This document shows positions 1-14,848 of a stretch of 64,000 nucleotides of DNA, piece after piece (positions within the stretch are counted from its first letter, which is position 1; the number at the start of each line of letters is the position of its first letter). The notes beneath the pieces are model-generated. The model saw nothing but the letters and a program-made list of their open reading frames with translations. It did not search any database and was not told where the DNA came from. Source of the stretch: Seison nebaliae. Lineage: Eukaryota. A program made the position numbers and the translations under genes. Where the stretch lies: NCBI GenBank assembly GCA_023231475.1, contig JALJEE010000349.1, forward strand, positions 1 through 64,000, written 5' to 3'.

Positions 1-242
1 TTATCGCTTCTATCATTTCTACACAATAACAAATCTTCGATTATGAAAACTTTATAAATTACTATTTTTTGATTTTGATAATATTCTCATTTACATTTTA
101 TTCTTTTTTTTTGTATTTGGATAAAAATTTTTATTCCTAATAAAATATATTTTTCCCCCTATCGTAATTTTTCAACGAATATATTGTCCTAGTACTATTC
201 TGTCCGTTAAAGTAGGAAAAGGACTTTCAAAAAAATGTTGCT

Positions 243-402
243 TCGCCGTCCCTTTTTTTCTCCTTTTCTTTCCTTTACTTCGTTTCCCTTCGCGAAATAG
301 GAGTATGTATAGCTCGCGAAGGGAAAATGTCTGGAATTTTTCATTTATTAAAAGGGAGACGAAGAAATTAATTTCCCTTCGCCCTTCGTATCCCCATCAC
401 TA
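243..402. mobile_element. Possible degenerate end of a non-autonomous DNA transposon (hAT-like) with subterminal inverted repeats
   Basis: TTTCCCTTCGCGA (~283-295) is inverted as TCGCGAAGGGAAA (~314-326); TTTCCCTTCGC recurs at ~372. The segment ends in CCCCATCACTA (reverse complement TAGTGATGGGG), which resembles hAT termini. The partner terminus was not seen. Confidence 0.3.
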
Positions 403-819
403 ATTTCAAGATATTTTGTTAAACTAATAGTTATAAAGTTAAATTCGAAAAATTTTTATTCTCTAACAAAAACGGAATATGGATAAGTAGGATTGTTGAT
501 GATTAAATCAAATAAGTTTAAGGGAATTTATATTTTGAGGGATACGGATAATATAGAAATAGAGATGAATGGCTTCTGAATTAGGAGAATGAACAAGTAT
601 TAAATCGGAAGCAATACAACTGTTCAATGACGAAAACATTGGGAAACTTTAGGAAAATTTAGTGGAAATTTTATAAACAATCTGATGGTGATTATGATGA
701 GATTGAGAATAGATTAAAGAATAGAAAATGATTAAATTGACAAATAGGAAACTTTAAAGGGAAGTGTATAAATAATTTGAATTGAAGTCAGTTAAATTGA
801 CTTAAGGGAATTATGGTAA

Positions 820-3800
820 TTATTTTGGTTCATCCGATTTTGCTCGTTTTTGGGATTCATAATATTTAAGGACTATCCTTCTCTTGCGGTCGATACATTT
901 GGAATCGATTCGAATATCATCCTGTTCTCTTTTCTCGATATCGGATGAGGATGAAGCAATAGAATGTTTCTCTTCCATCATATCTGTCGCATCTACAGCC
1001 CATTGTTCATTGGTGTGATCATCTACTATTTCCTTATTCATTCTTTCTTCCAATTGATCATTTTGTTGATGATGTTCTTGTTTTTTTCGAATTGCTATTT
1101 CATCCTCATCGATATCAGAAAGTGGATGATTATGGAGTTCTTTACGATAAACAAGACAAGACGAATGACCATCCGCATGAATATGAGAATCGATGAAACA
1201 TTGCCGTGGACAACCATCAACGAGACAATTGAATATTGAACATTCCACTGTTTCATCAACTGGTCCCGAACGACATTCCACCAGCAATTCATATGCAGCA
1301 GCAAATGTTGGAAGTTCTATCCAAAACTTGAAATTTGACGAATCATTTTCTTCGTTTTCCATCTCATTATCTTTTACTGATTCCGCCACAGATCCATTGG
1401 TAGTGGAGGAAGAGTTGTGGTCGTCGATTGTAACCGATTCCGGTTGATTTACCTGGTTTTTTCCATTTTTACGGTTTTGTAATAATTTCTGCAATATTGG
1501 AATTATCATTTCCATATTGGACGAATTAGTATTTTCCGATTCGATTTCATTATCTTTCGATCCAAATTTATTTTTATCTGTCAATTGTTCTTGTGATTCC
1601 TGTTCTTTATGAGATGCTAATATAGTTTGTGGTGTAGTTAAATTCATAATTTTCGTTTGTCGAAAATTATCAAAGATTTCTTTATTATTACCATTCGAGA
1701 AATATTGCTCGAATAATAAATCTGAGTCAGATTTCATTGGGAATGTCAACTGTTTATTGTTGTCTGGATTAAATGTTTCAATAATCTTATTTGCTTTACT
1801 TCCAAATCCATCAAATAATTTCCTCCACATTTCTTTCCTGTTCTCTTGAAAGAGTTCTTGCTCGCATTTCTCGGTTACGAAATCTATTTGTTGTTGTTGT
1901 TGTAAAGAGGATTTAGTATGAAGCTCAATTTTTTCTATTAATTCGGCTAATTGGAATGTTGGAATGCTTGGAAGATTAAATTCTTTTGTCAAATTACTTC
2001 GAACATCACTTACTGATGCACCATCTTCCAACCACTTCCAAATAGTAGAGCAAATTTTATTATTAGGAGCACTAAACATTTCATCAATATTCATCAACAA
2101 ATGATTGTGTTCTCCCGATTCAGCAACCACATAAACATTATTATAATTCGTTGTTTGAACTGATCTTAGAGAATCAGTGTAAATCTTTAAACGATATGGA
2201 CAATTAGTGGCACGACAGAGGAAGAAAATTTTCTTATTTCCATTCGATTTCGTCACATTGAACACTCGAGCATAGCTCGAACTGGCGAACGCTTTAGCTT
2301 GCTCGACAGTCTCGAAATTTTTGAGATCGCTATAAATGATGTTGGATCCTCGTTTACCGGAACGCGTTCCGGTAGTAGGTGGATGTTGCGTGTTCTCCGC
2401 TTTTGGAGGAAGTGGATGCGATGAATTTCCGTTCGGTTGTCCCATATCAAGAATCTTCGAATAATTATGAAGAATTTGGCGAAATGGAAAATTTTTATTC
2501 TTCTTAAAATATTCCAAGAAATTATCGAGTTCTAAACGATTTTCATTTTCTATGAGTGATAATGATTCGGACGGAAGATCGATCTGATTATGATTTTCGA
2601 ATTTGACATTATTAGTATTTATTAATTGATGGATTGGTGTTATTTTACCATCTTTCTTTTGCGTCAACGAAGTATGATTATTAAGAGAATAATTGGGAAA
2701 GGGTAATGGGTTAGATGTTGGAATTAATGGTACAGCTAAATTGGTGATTGTCGATGTTGTGGTTGTTGGGTAAATAGTTGAAGATTGAATAGGAAGATTG
2801 TTAATTTCTGATGAGTTGTCTGTTTTAAAGATGTTTTGGATAAGATCCATCAAATTTCGGTTCTCTTTATTTTGTGAAAGTGAATTATGTTCCTCATCAT
2901 ACAATGGTTGTCTGTTATTATTATCAATTATTTGTGATATTACTCGCTTTAATTTCTCCTCTTCACCTAATACATTCGTCATCTTTGATCTTCCCATTTC
3001 TATTTGTTGTTCTGATGTTAATTCATTATAATGTTGATCTGGTTCTTGGTCGGATGTTTTCATTACTGTTGTTGTTGACTGGTCATGTATAAATTTAATA
3101 ATCGAATGAATATGTTCCTCAGTGAGATTGAACAATTGATGACGAGTTTCAAGATGATCTCTGATTGTTGATATTGGAACATTCTTTCCCAAAAGAAGTT
3201 GAACATCTTCAATCACTGCATTGTCGAACAATTTATCCCAATTGAACGTATTATCATGATTATGTTGACCATTCCTCCAAACCGAACATGATTTGTCATT
3301 CTCATTAAATTGATTGCACTCAATTTTACCACGGAAACCGCACGATTGTTGTGGACAACAATAAAATAATTTGTTGGGATAATTCTTCGTATTAATTGTC
3401 ATCAATTTCGATCGATCCATATATTCCTTAGCTCTTTCTAATGATGGCATATTAATCCATGGTTGATAAGGAATGAGAAAACTCTCTTTTTCATTACAGG
3501 GAAAATGGGAGAAATTATGACTATTATTTGTGGCTGTAGTGATATTGTTGTACAATCGACTATCAGAATTATGAAGAACATAGTCTTTATTTGTGAAATC
3601 GTTTGGTAGACTGGGAACGTGAATAACCGTTCTCTCCGTATTGCTGACTTTAGCACCATTCTTAATGAAAGTGAATGGGAATTTCTTATCGAAATCACAT
3701 GGATAATCATCATGTGAATGTCTCCCACTTATACTAATCAAAACGATTTCCACTTCATTTTTCCCATCCGTCAGAACTATTCCGTATCGAAACGTATCAA

Positions 3801-4562
3801 TCTTCGCTTTAAAGACACAATTGTCCGTTTTACATGTATAATAATATTTCTTTCCAAATTTTGATTTAGCTGCATTCGACACTTTCAAGTTTAAGCTATT
3901 CAAATACTTTCTAGCTGCTTTCAATCCTTGAATTTCCTGCCATCGTTCATAAATAGAATTGGACATATGAATTCCATTCATTTTCGGATCATATTGATTC
4001 TCACCGTACATCGACAAATCACGATGTGTAATATCCATTTCGTTATTAATCACATTCTTCATAGAAGATTCATTTCGAAAATTGTATCCTTCGCCTTTCA
4101 TCGAAGTTCCAATCGACTGTAACGTTGGCGAAGCGGTTCTCGAAGATTCACCGGATTTCTCTTTATTTGATGTGTCAACCGATTGACTACTTTCGGATGG
4201 ATTTGGTGAAATATTAATTTTTTTCTTATCATTTCTAAAATGGAAGAAGATCATCAAATTATTTCGTAGAAAGATTTCTAACAAATATTTTGATTTTAAT
4301 GTGAGAACTGATCTCAATGTTCCCCGTTCACCAATCTTCAATTGGGGAAATAGATTAATCCAATCTTTCTTGTCCAAATTCTTTATAGAATTATAATTCG
4401 TCAATTGGTTTTCTGGTGAATATGAAGAATGAAGGAATGTAATACACGTATCAAGTATGACCAACCAGTTAGAGTGTCGATAATTGATGAACCATTTAAT
4501 CCATGATAATTGAGTTTATTACTCAAATCCATACTCTTCAAATTAGCTGTCTCAACATTCAT
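820..4562 (-). CDS. SAM-like domain plus four WRKY/FLYWCH (MULE-type) C-x4-C...H-x-H zinc fingers; putative transcription factor
   Basis: Exon 4562-4466 (MNVETANLKSMDLSNKLNYHGLNGSSIIDTLT) joins the long ORF through GTT-AG intron 4465-4413, restoring a SAM-like motif (..TLTENQLTNYNSIKNLDKKDWINLFPQLKIGERGTL). Four repeats follow: YTCKTDNC..HSH, YCCPQQSC..HNH, FLCRATNC..HNH, FNCLVDGC..HNH. A 48-nt in-frame intron near 4235-4282 is possible. Confidence 0.75.
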
Positions 4563-7500
4563 TATATTGAGATGGTCAATCAATTAACGATGAGGTTCAT
4601 ATGAATTTAGAAGGAAACTTTCTATCAGAGCAAGAGAAGTATGACGAACGTTTAATAGTTTCATGTAATATATAAAAATGATATATAATAAAATATAATA
4701 TAATAATAAAATTAAAACTAATGGAACTAGAAAACTGAACATATGTAGTAAGAAATAACGTTAATGGAATGAAAAGAAGAAATTCGCTTTTTATATTATT
4801 GGTGTGAAATATAATTATTCGGTCTTAAACTTTAACATATTTACTTTAACATATCCTATATGTATTCGAGGAGAGAAGATAAGGAAAAGATACAACAGAT
4901 ACTCCACACGTCATTTATGAATATAATTAGAAATGGATATACATAAATATTTGTGAGAATATGGGATAATATACATTAACTACCAAACCATAATCAACAT
5001 ACAAAAATTCCCAATATGTTTTTCATAAAATTTTCTGTATATTTAGACGACCTATCGATCAAGTTAATACAGGAATAACGGTAAGAGTAAATGAATAATT
5101 GAAAGTATAAAATTTATAAAATTCTTCTCTATTAACCAAAACACGTACTAGTATAACTTTCTTTAGACTTATGTTAGTTAGATAGCTAGTAAGTTAGTAA
5201 ACTAAATAACCCAAGTAGCTAACTAAATGGTTCAGTCAGTTGAACTAAATCAGCTTAAGATAAATTTAGCTAGTTATTCAGATTTAGACAGTTCGCTATT
5301 ATGTAAAATAGATAGATAGATTTTTTTCTTTCTTCTCCATACATGTACGTAAAGATATAGCAAAAATGTAAAAAATTTGTCAATTGTCTATATCAGAGAG
5401 AAGGAAAAGAAATGGGGAAAATTCTATTCTAATGTAAAAATACTTGTTAAATTTCAGTTACACACTATACAGATATCCATTCAGAGAATACACATCGATA
5501 CATATGTATACGCATTGATATATATAGATATATCATCGATTTGTACTTTGATAATAGTACATTACGTACATCATCTCTCTATAAAATATACGTTTTAACT
5601 CATATTGACATAGAGAACTTGAATAACATTCAATATCATTTGCCATGTATAATATGTATTTTTAAGAGTATTAATGTATTTATCTTGAATATGAAGAGAA
5701 TGTTTATTGAAAGGAAACTGTACAATATATTCCATTCTATATTTTCAATCCATCTTATCATCATCATATACATAACTGAATAAATAAACTTTTTCATTGA
5801 GACACATTTCTTATTTTTTTTATCAAATTTTTCCTATTTTCCATACATTTCTAGGAACGTTTAAATTATGATATCTCTACACATATATCACAAATACTAA
5901 TATCAACAACAACAACAACAAAATGATTATCATCACCATGTTATGAAATGAGAAGATATTTTATAATTATAAATAATTTAGTAACTTATCATTTACATCC
6001 AGTTCAACATCATCTTACAGTTAAGACGCATATGAAGTTAAGATAATAAACTATTTATTTGTTATCAAAATATTTTTTTCATTAATGTATATATTTACCG
6101 TATTTGTAATGAAAATTATATTCTATGATATTTCCTGTTCATGTACGATGAAACATAGAATTTAAAACAATTGGAAATTTTATTAATAATAATTATCATA
6201 ATGTTACAAAATGAGTCCGGAAAAAGCTAAAACTATTTAAGGTTGATTCAATTTCTTATTCTTCGATTATTTTTCTAGACAGACTAACAATGAGAGCAGG
6301 TAAAAAAGAAGGAAAATGAGAATAAAATTTTATGATTAACATAAAGATCATATATTTAAAGGTTGAACATGATTATTTTATGTTACAGACGATTTTATAT
6401 TTATCTGTTTGTAAAATAACTGCACTCTAATAATAGTGTTCAATTTTATTTGCACCCAAATATCTCTTGGTGAAGACTATTTGTTTATTGATGCATTGGA
6501 AGTGCATTGGTAAGAATGCACTTAATATTACGTTTACTCCTTTACGATTTTGTTCGAATAACGAAATTTGTAAACTAAAGGTTTCGAGCAAAGTGAAAAA
6601 TTCTTAAAGCAACAACTTACATTATGATATTTTTGAATGAGAAATCAAGATTATTAAATATAAACGTCTTCAGACAGAAAATTTTATCCGAAGCTTCTCT
6701 GACATTCGTTTAGAATCTTGATGGGAGTCATTGCTTACCATCATTTAAATGTAAGTCGTTCAATCAATATATGTTTCTCCAGGTTGGTCAACTAGAAAAC
6801 ATGCAAGACGCATAAATGTATAACATTTGCGTAATATCGGTTAATAATTCCAAAATTACTATTTAGAGATTCGATTTCATATCATGTTGTTCAACTAATG
6901 GATGTAATTATTGAGAGCATATAGCCTCAGAAACAGTTTATTCAGAATTGTATGGGGGATGATTGTAAAAAATGAATAAGAAAAAAATGAAAAATTTTTA
7001 ATGAAAATATTTACATCAAATAAGGAAAAGAAGGAAAACATAATTCTTCCAATAAAATTTCCGTTTTGTTACTGATAACGCAAAATTCTTTTATTTGTAC
7101 ATTCCGATTTACTGTGATGGTTTAGTAGAGTATTTTTCTCTCCCGTTTTTTCATCTGTGAACCGATTAATAAAATTTCTAACAAAAATTGTTTACCTATA
7201 TATATTTCTTTGATACTGATGATGAGATTATTTAGAAAATAAACAGGATTCTCATTATGAATATTAAAGAATAGAGAGATAAAATTCCTCTAACATAAAC
7301 AATCGATTTGCTAGTACATATGATGGAAGTATATTCTAGGCATATATTCAAATCGGTTCCCAATCTCTAAATAAATTGTACGAGTATCTGACCCGTCAAC
7401 CTGGAACAGATATACAGTTCAAATTTAAGAAATATGGATAATTTTGAAGATGGAAAAGAATTATGATTTTAAAACTTTTAAATTAAAAGAAAGATAAAAG

Positions 7501-8705
7501 AAAGCAAATTTCATAAACAAAGTATCAACAGAAACTTCATTAATTGAGAATGTCAAGAATCAATAATTTTTTTTAATATTTGTTTTTTTAGAAAACTAAA
7601 TCGAAATAATATTAGAGGTCATTTCTTTTATATTAAGAACTTAATCTAATAACTGATTTGTTCATGTGATTATTAATCACTGACAATAATCTTAATAATA
7701 ATAATCTTGTCGACGTTAGATTAATGATTTATCACGAAAGTTTCTTCTATATTACGCACCCATTTCTAAAGATATGTCAAATGGAATTATATTTTTTGAA
7801 AGTTGATCAAAAGAGTATAGGTGTTCATGTTTACGACTGAAGGAAAAAGAAAATTTTCTTTCAATTTCTATAATGAAAGTTCAACGAACATTTTTCTTAC
7901 GAAAAATATGGTAAATAATAAGTTACAATGTTAATGGTAAAATGTGTAAAGTGATCGAATTGAGCTAAATTTCATTAAACATGACGAAGAAGCAAAGGAT
8001 AAAAATGATAAATTTATTGAGTTAGTATAGGAATAAATGAAAAATACTTAATTTTTCTTCGTTAAACAACAATCTTTTCCGTTGTTTGTAAAGAATTATA
8101 GATTATAATTATCGACATTATAGTGTAATATAATCATAAATGTTTGATATTAACAATTGTAAAAAGTTCAAATAAATCGACTGAGAATATTGGTCCAATA
8201 TTTTAGTTCGATAATGTCATATACTCTTTCCAACACACTTGAATAACTGACGCACCAAACAACACACTAAATTTCTGAAAAACATATAAAGCATACACGA
8301 AAAATTTCCTTATCGTTTTTTTCTGAAATATTTTTTTGGGAAATATACGTGCGGAAAGATATGAAAATGGTCTGTTGTATGAATAATAATGGTAACAGCG
8401 AAAATGTGAAAGAAGAAGAAATGTTAAAAACAAAGAAGAATTGTTAAACAACTAATAGCAATTTCGTAAAAATTATTAGTTTTTGTGAATAATAATAATA
8501 ACATGTAGGGAAATTAGAGAAATTATTAAAATAATTTGCTACAAGTTCTTTTTTTATTTGGAATGGTTCATTTTTGCTGAATTAAAATATTTGATATGCA
8601 CCATAATTTTTTGAAAAGAAAATTAATTAGTAAATTCAACGGTGATAAGTTATGAGAATGACGACTAACAGCAGAAAGGTATAACCACTAAATAAAAGAG
8701 GACAA

Positions 8706-8879
8706 GACAATTCTTACGAAAGTCATTTATCACACGGTACATTTCTCACCAGGACCTTTCTTATATTGTACTTTTATCACGAATTCATGTTTCATTCTTA
8801 GCCATAGTTATTTCCTTCAAGTCAAAAATGTCCTTTTGAGAAATGTACCTTGTGATAAATGACTTTCGTAACAATTGTC
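8706..8879. mobile_element. MITE-like element with 43-bp terminal inverted repeats
   Basis: GACAATTCTTACGAAAGTCATTTATCACACGGTACATTTCTCA (8706-8748) matches the reverse complement of 8837-8879 with 2 mismatches; the interior is non-coding. Confidence 0.7.
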
Positions 8880-11800
8880 ACTTCTTCTAATAAATGACTG
8901 ATATCTACATGATAAGTTAAGTCTTAACTTCCTGTGTATTACACAAATAAGCACAAAAGAGAGTGAAATTTATGATGCCATAGGAATGGTGCTAATTATG
9001 TGTCAAATAGTTGTGTCCAGTCGTAGAATACTTAACATGTTCATATAGTGTTAGTGTTAAAAAAGAGTGTTAAGAAGAATTTAGTTTCTTTCGTTTGCAT
9101 CGAACATTTAGTTGAAGAGAACATAGTAATAGAGCACGTTCTTTAACTTTTCTATGTTACATAATAATATTATTCGATAGGAGTGAAAATGATGATTAGG
9201 ATAAAAATAGAGGAAATTTTTGATATTCTCAATTTGTTGTGTGTTTTATTGTAAGTCGTTTAATGAAGTTATCGTTCTATATTTTTATGATTGTTTTCTA
9301 TTACATAATACCCGGGTGGGGAATTGTGAATTAGTTTCGGTAGAAAAAATAAAGTAGTGGGAAATAATAAAAGAACTTTATAAATTAATCAATGTTTTAT
9401 TGGAAGTGAATGGGAAATCAAAATAGAAAAAACGAGAATGAACAGATTGTAAAATACGCCAGAAATCGATGCATTTAGAAACATAAAAAAATGAACTTAC
9501 GAATGTTAGAAATAAATTTTCTATATTTTTTTCATTATTTGGAATTTATCATAAGGACAATCGTCTATTGTTATAGATGGAAAAGTTTCATGATACTAAC
9601 ACAAGCTGATGGAGCTAAATTTAGTGAAAGTTTTATTGATATAAGATGTCCATGAGAAATCTTTTCACATGAATTAAAGTAACTTTTTTTTCTTGGAGTA
9701 CCTAAAAAATATCGTGACAATACTCTATCTTCTCTAAATTTTCCAAGAAACTTATAAAAACTATAAGTACTAGTTGATATTGAGTTCGTTTCTTCTTTCT
9801 CTTCTCGTCGACGACACTCGTCCTATTAACAACTACTTAATATGATATTAACAATAATTTACATTAAAATTTGACGACTTGGTTAATAATATAATCGTTA
9901 TTGACAATATAAGTAGTAATGGAAGAAATGTCGAACAACAACCAATTGGAAATAACACCTAAATACATATTAAGAGCCAAATTGAAAAATAAATTTGAGT
10001 ATGAAGGCCACCCTAGATTTTACAAACGGAAATACATATGTTCCTCTCCATGGAGTAGACGGAGCGTGGCATAACTAGTTACTAGGCAGTTCGCTTAGTT
10101 CATATGTACATCGAACAATAAAGTATGAAGTTTATAAAACTATAAAAAAACAATTATACATATGAAGAAATTTCGGGGATTCGTAACTGAATAGGTGATA
10201 AAAAATAGAAACCTATATAAAAGACATGAGAACACTTGACTGAAATAACATTAAATGTCAAATAACATAAGGAAAAAATGTTATTGGACCAAATAAATTG
10301 AGTGTGTTAGAATTTGCATAAATTCTGCAATTACCACTGAAATGTAAAGAAGATTGTGTATGCTTGTTGAAGTTTTATCAACTGTAAGAATTTCTAATTT
10401 TCAACAAATATATAAGAATAAACTAACGATACACTTTTATCGTTTTCTTCTGTCTTACATTTAGATGAAACGAAATGTTTGATAAAAAATAAATGGATCA
10501 ACATCTTCATGAAGAAAATAATCGTTTTTTATTTTCTTTAGATAGTTATTTAAAAATGAAAAAAATAAATCCTGTCCTATCGATCGGCATTATGTATATT
10601 GAACATTATATAGTAGTCGAAGACAAACGTGTGGTAGATCAATGAGAAGAATGTAATATTACAACGTATTGAGATATTTGATTGTTACATTACGAGATAC
10701 AATAAAATTTGAATGAATCATTCAGAATGATACTAACTTTTCCAAAGTAACTTCTACAGATTATTACATTCATACAATTTCTATGATGAGAGAGGCGAGA
10801 GAGTAAAGTTATTTATAAAGAAGATAAATAAACAATTTGTATTAAATTTCTTTATGATCCTACTAGTTCTTTCGTGGGAGGTCTCTCATGTCTTAACAAA
10901 CTAACTATGATTATTATCGTAATATAGTTAGTAAATATTCGATTACATAATATTATGAGTAAAGTAAAGACTTTTATATGATATAATTAATTGTATGTTT
11001 AGGAAAATCATCGATATAAGGGAAACATTTTTTTATATTCAATTTTTCCATCTAGGGCAATTCATCTCATATTATACAATTTATTATAGACTCGCAAAAA
11101 TTTAGATAAGCAGGTTTCGTTTTCGTCGTTGTTTACGTTGAAATGATTCGTTGGTTTATTTGAAATTCAAATTTTGAATGATAAAAATATGGACAAAATG
11201 AATTTGAGATATAGTGATTGAGGAAAAGAAAATTTTAGTTTGAAAATAAAAGAAGAAATTATGAAGAATTATCTATTGAAAAGGGGAATGTTATTAAATT
11301 AAAACAGACATCGGGCGACTTATATTTGATTTTATGAGATAATTATGCAGTAATAATTATCTGTCAAAATATTAGTTAATTCACATTTATGTAAGATGTT
11401 AGTTGGAGAAGAAGATGATGATGCAATTGTGAATAAGGTAAAAATAATGTTATTAATTGAAAAGACTGAAAGAGAATGCGTATATGGACAAATGTAAACA
11501 TTCTAATATAGAATGATTCAGTAATGTTTTTCTGAGGAAAGAAATATACATTTTCAATAGAATTTTCTTTTCTGTCTATGCATGGAATAAGTTTATTTTC
11601 TAATTTTTCCGGATTATTGAACGATGGTAACATGCTTATGTCAAACGAATAATAAAACGGAAAACTGCATATATAATATAAGTATCTGGATTTTAGACAC
11701 AGGAAATTAGAATATTGAAAAGTATACAAAATACATATTCAAATTGAACAATCGAACGTCATTTCTACTAGTTTTTTTGTTGGAGGAATACCTTGAATTG

Positions 11801-14800
11801 GTACAAGAATCGTTATAAAAGTAGCAATGAAATATGGATTGAATAAATAAATACTGATATTTGATGGAAGGCCGCGCATTGTCACTCACTAAATGTTCTT
11901 TTACCATCTAAACTAACGATAAGATTGATAAGAATAATAAAAAATTTCATATTAGTAATTATATTATATAATTGTGTTCTTTAAAAAACGATGATGTAAA
12001 AGAGAACTTACTTATTTAATGTTTGGTACAAATTAGTAATACTAATTTAGTATTCCGATAAAATGGATAATATTAGGGTTGGCTGTAGGTAGTAGACTAA
12101 TAAGTGTTTAAGAGTCGGCTACGCCAAATTGCATTTGTTGTCGCACAAAATTAAAATAAACGAAAATAAACTACACTATAAAATTCTAGTATCTTCAAAA
12201 TTCAACTTGATTTTTATTAATAGTTTCTAACGAAAAAGGAATGTTTATTAAAAACGATCATCTCATTCAACATTTTATATAACTAAATTTCACACTAACA
12301 GTTTTTTGGAACTAGGGTGTATACATCTTGAATTTAAATCATTTAGACAAAATTAATATTCAGGAAAAAGAAAAGATTACCATTCAACTCACATTTCCTA
12401 AAACGATATGAGATTCTTTTGACTTTTCAAATAAAAACCGATAATGAGAATGAAAGTTGATATATTGCTTTTCGTGGACCTAAAACGAAATTTTATTAAA
12501 ATAAAAAGGAAATAGTGTAACGGATAGTAGAATCGGGATTAATAGTACTAGCAATATTAGTCGTTTGAATGAGCAAGGCTTCAAAAATATAATATATCAA
12601 CCATTCAAACATCAATTCTTCCCAACAAATTATAATAATGTTAACAAACTGTTTAACAGTTACATAACTACATTTTGTGTATACTAACATATTCAGGTTA
12701 TTCAATCCATTTACCTTTACGTTATGAATTCACAACAATTCTTATGAACATGTACATTAAGAGCGGATACATTTTACCTGTGTTAAACGAACAACCGAAC
12801 GTACAAATACTATTAGTATTACTATTTATGTATGAATAATAAATGCTTTTTGAAACTTTATATTTCGTCCTATAATATTAATAACAATTTTATAATACGA
12901 TTTCCTAATAATTTTTTCGTGTTGAATAGCAAACTGCAAATTGATTAATTATGCCATTTGGATGTGGGATTGAAAATAGAACTAATATTTTTTGTTAAAA
13001 TAAACTAAATTTGTTAAGGAAGCCATTTGGAGACATGTTACTATTTACAAACTATCATAATTTTGGAGTATCTTAATTACGAATGTTTAGGAATTTTCGT
13101 TACTTTCATGAGAGCTTTCTCTCCATAGACACAAAGAGAAGAAAAATATTTGTTATATTATTATTATAATGTACTCATTAGTTAATTTTTCCTCTTCGAA
13201 CCAAATATTTTAAATATAATAAACTTTTTATAGAAAGTGTGTGAGTGGGTGAGAGAGAGGCCTCTAAAAATTGGTAATTCTGTTTCAAGTTATTCTCCGA
13301 ACCTTGCCTTGTCTATTCTACGTACGATATTAAATCAACATGCAATTTATTAAGCGAATATGCACCTAATATGCTCAGACATGAATCTAGACTAATAGCA
13401 TAAAATATAATAAAATCGAGCAATTCATCAAAATGAGATAGATTTTTGATGAATTAAAGAAAAATAAGATTAATTGTGGAAAGGAATGAACATTTTAAAT
13501 AGATTGACAATAAATATAAACATAAGTATTAAATTTGAAATAGGATATAATTTCTTACATAATTCATATATGAATTATATATGAATATAGATTCCAAAAT
13601 TATTGAAGTCGGATAATAATTATAATTGGAAATTGCATATGTTTCCCAATAAATAATTTGTTGACTTAACATAATCTCTTTTCTTCTGCCCTAATTATAA
13701 TTTAAGATAATCATCATCTCTATTTCTCTATTTTTAATGTTTTTCAAATGCTATTCAACAACAAATGTACAAACCTAAAATTATTGGAAATCAACCTTCA
13801 ATCATATTGGATTCAGAAACAATAATTATATCATAACAACGATTTAACACGATGAATAGTTCTTCATCTTCAACCATTTTTTATATAAGAAAACAAAAGA
13901 AGAATATATTTTTATGAATGAATGAGTTAAGTAATGTTGAATACGGTCCTAAAATACTGAAATTTTGATTTGTCCCGATGAGAATTTTAAATAATCAATA
14001 ATAATAATAATGGTTATGAATTATAGTTTAAAATTTTGTTGAGAATATTAGAAATCGGTAAATGGACATTAACTTCAACAATTAATATGAGAATGAATAT
14101 GCAATAAATATAATGAATTCAGAATTAGTTACTTTTATATTTTTATGATTAATAAAAGTACTACACATCTCTTAAAAATAAAAAGAGAGAAAGATAAGAT
14201 AAGACGATTGGGAAATGTATGTAAAATACTTTCATTTAGACGACAATAAACACAACTTAAACAATGCATCATATTTTCATTCCAATGATAATTTTCACGA
14301 AGTAACCTTGGAACTAGGAGATCTTCTCCAATTATTTTCATTGTGCATGACAAACAATGATTTCTTCTAAAATCAACTTTCCTTATTTGAATATACTTGT
14401 ATCAATTTCAGTAAGCAAAACACAATTTCCGAAAATTTTTTGGTTCTGTTTAAGGAAAAAATGAAAATTTTAAGGACATTAATTTATTCGCAAAATTATG
14501 TCACAATAAATTCTTAACAAAAAATGACTTATCAGTTTTATTCTCCAATAAGACACTAACGATAACGTAAGTGCTACGATTGGACATATAAACGTCTCAA
14601 ATAATAAAATTTACAATTGTTAGTAGTAATTTAATATTTGCAGTTCATTCTATTTCCTAATAATTAACAAAAATTGTAATTCAGAAAATTAGACAGTAAT
14701 AAAACGGAAAAAAAAGACAAATTAACATTTTCAAGGAGTTTAAAATTAATTCATTTTAGTTAATTTAATGTTTTCGAATAAGCCGAATTAAGAAATAGTT

Positions 14801-14848
14801 GATATTTCTAATAGAATCTTTAGCTTTAGTGATCGATTGAGGAAAAAG

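Noticed and set aside
820..4562. Active Mutator transposase
   Set aside because: No DDE catalytic domain or TIRs were seen; only DNA-binding-like modules are present.
5377..12705. Short ORF-track ORFs in the gene-poor block
   Set aside because: They have an I/F/Y/K-rich composition typical of random AT-rich DNA and no motifs.
13560..13577. 18-bp palindrome TAATTCATATATGAATTA
   Set aside because: Almost entirely A/T and plausible by chance at this composition.
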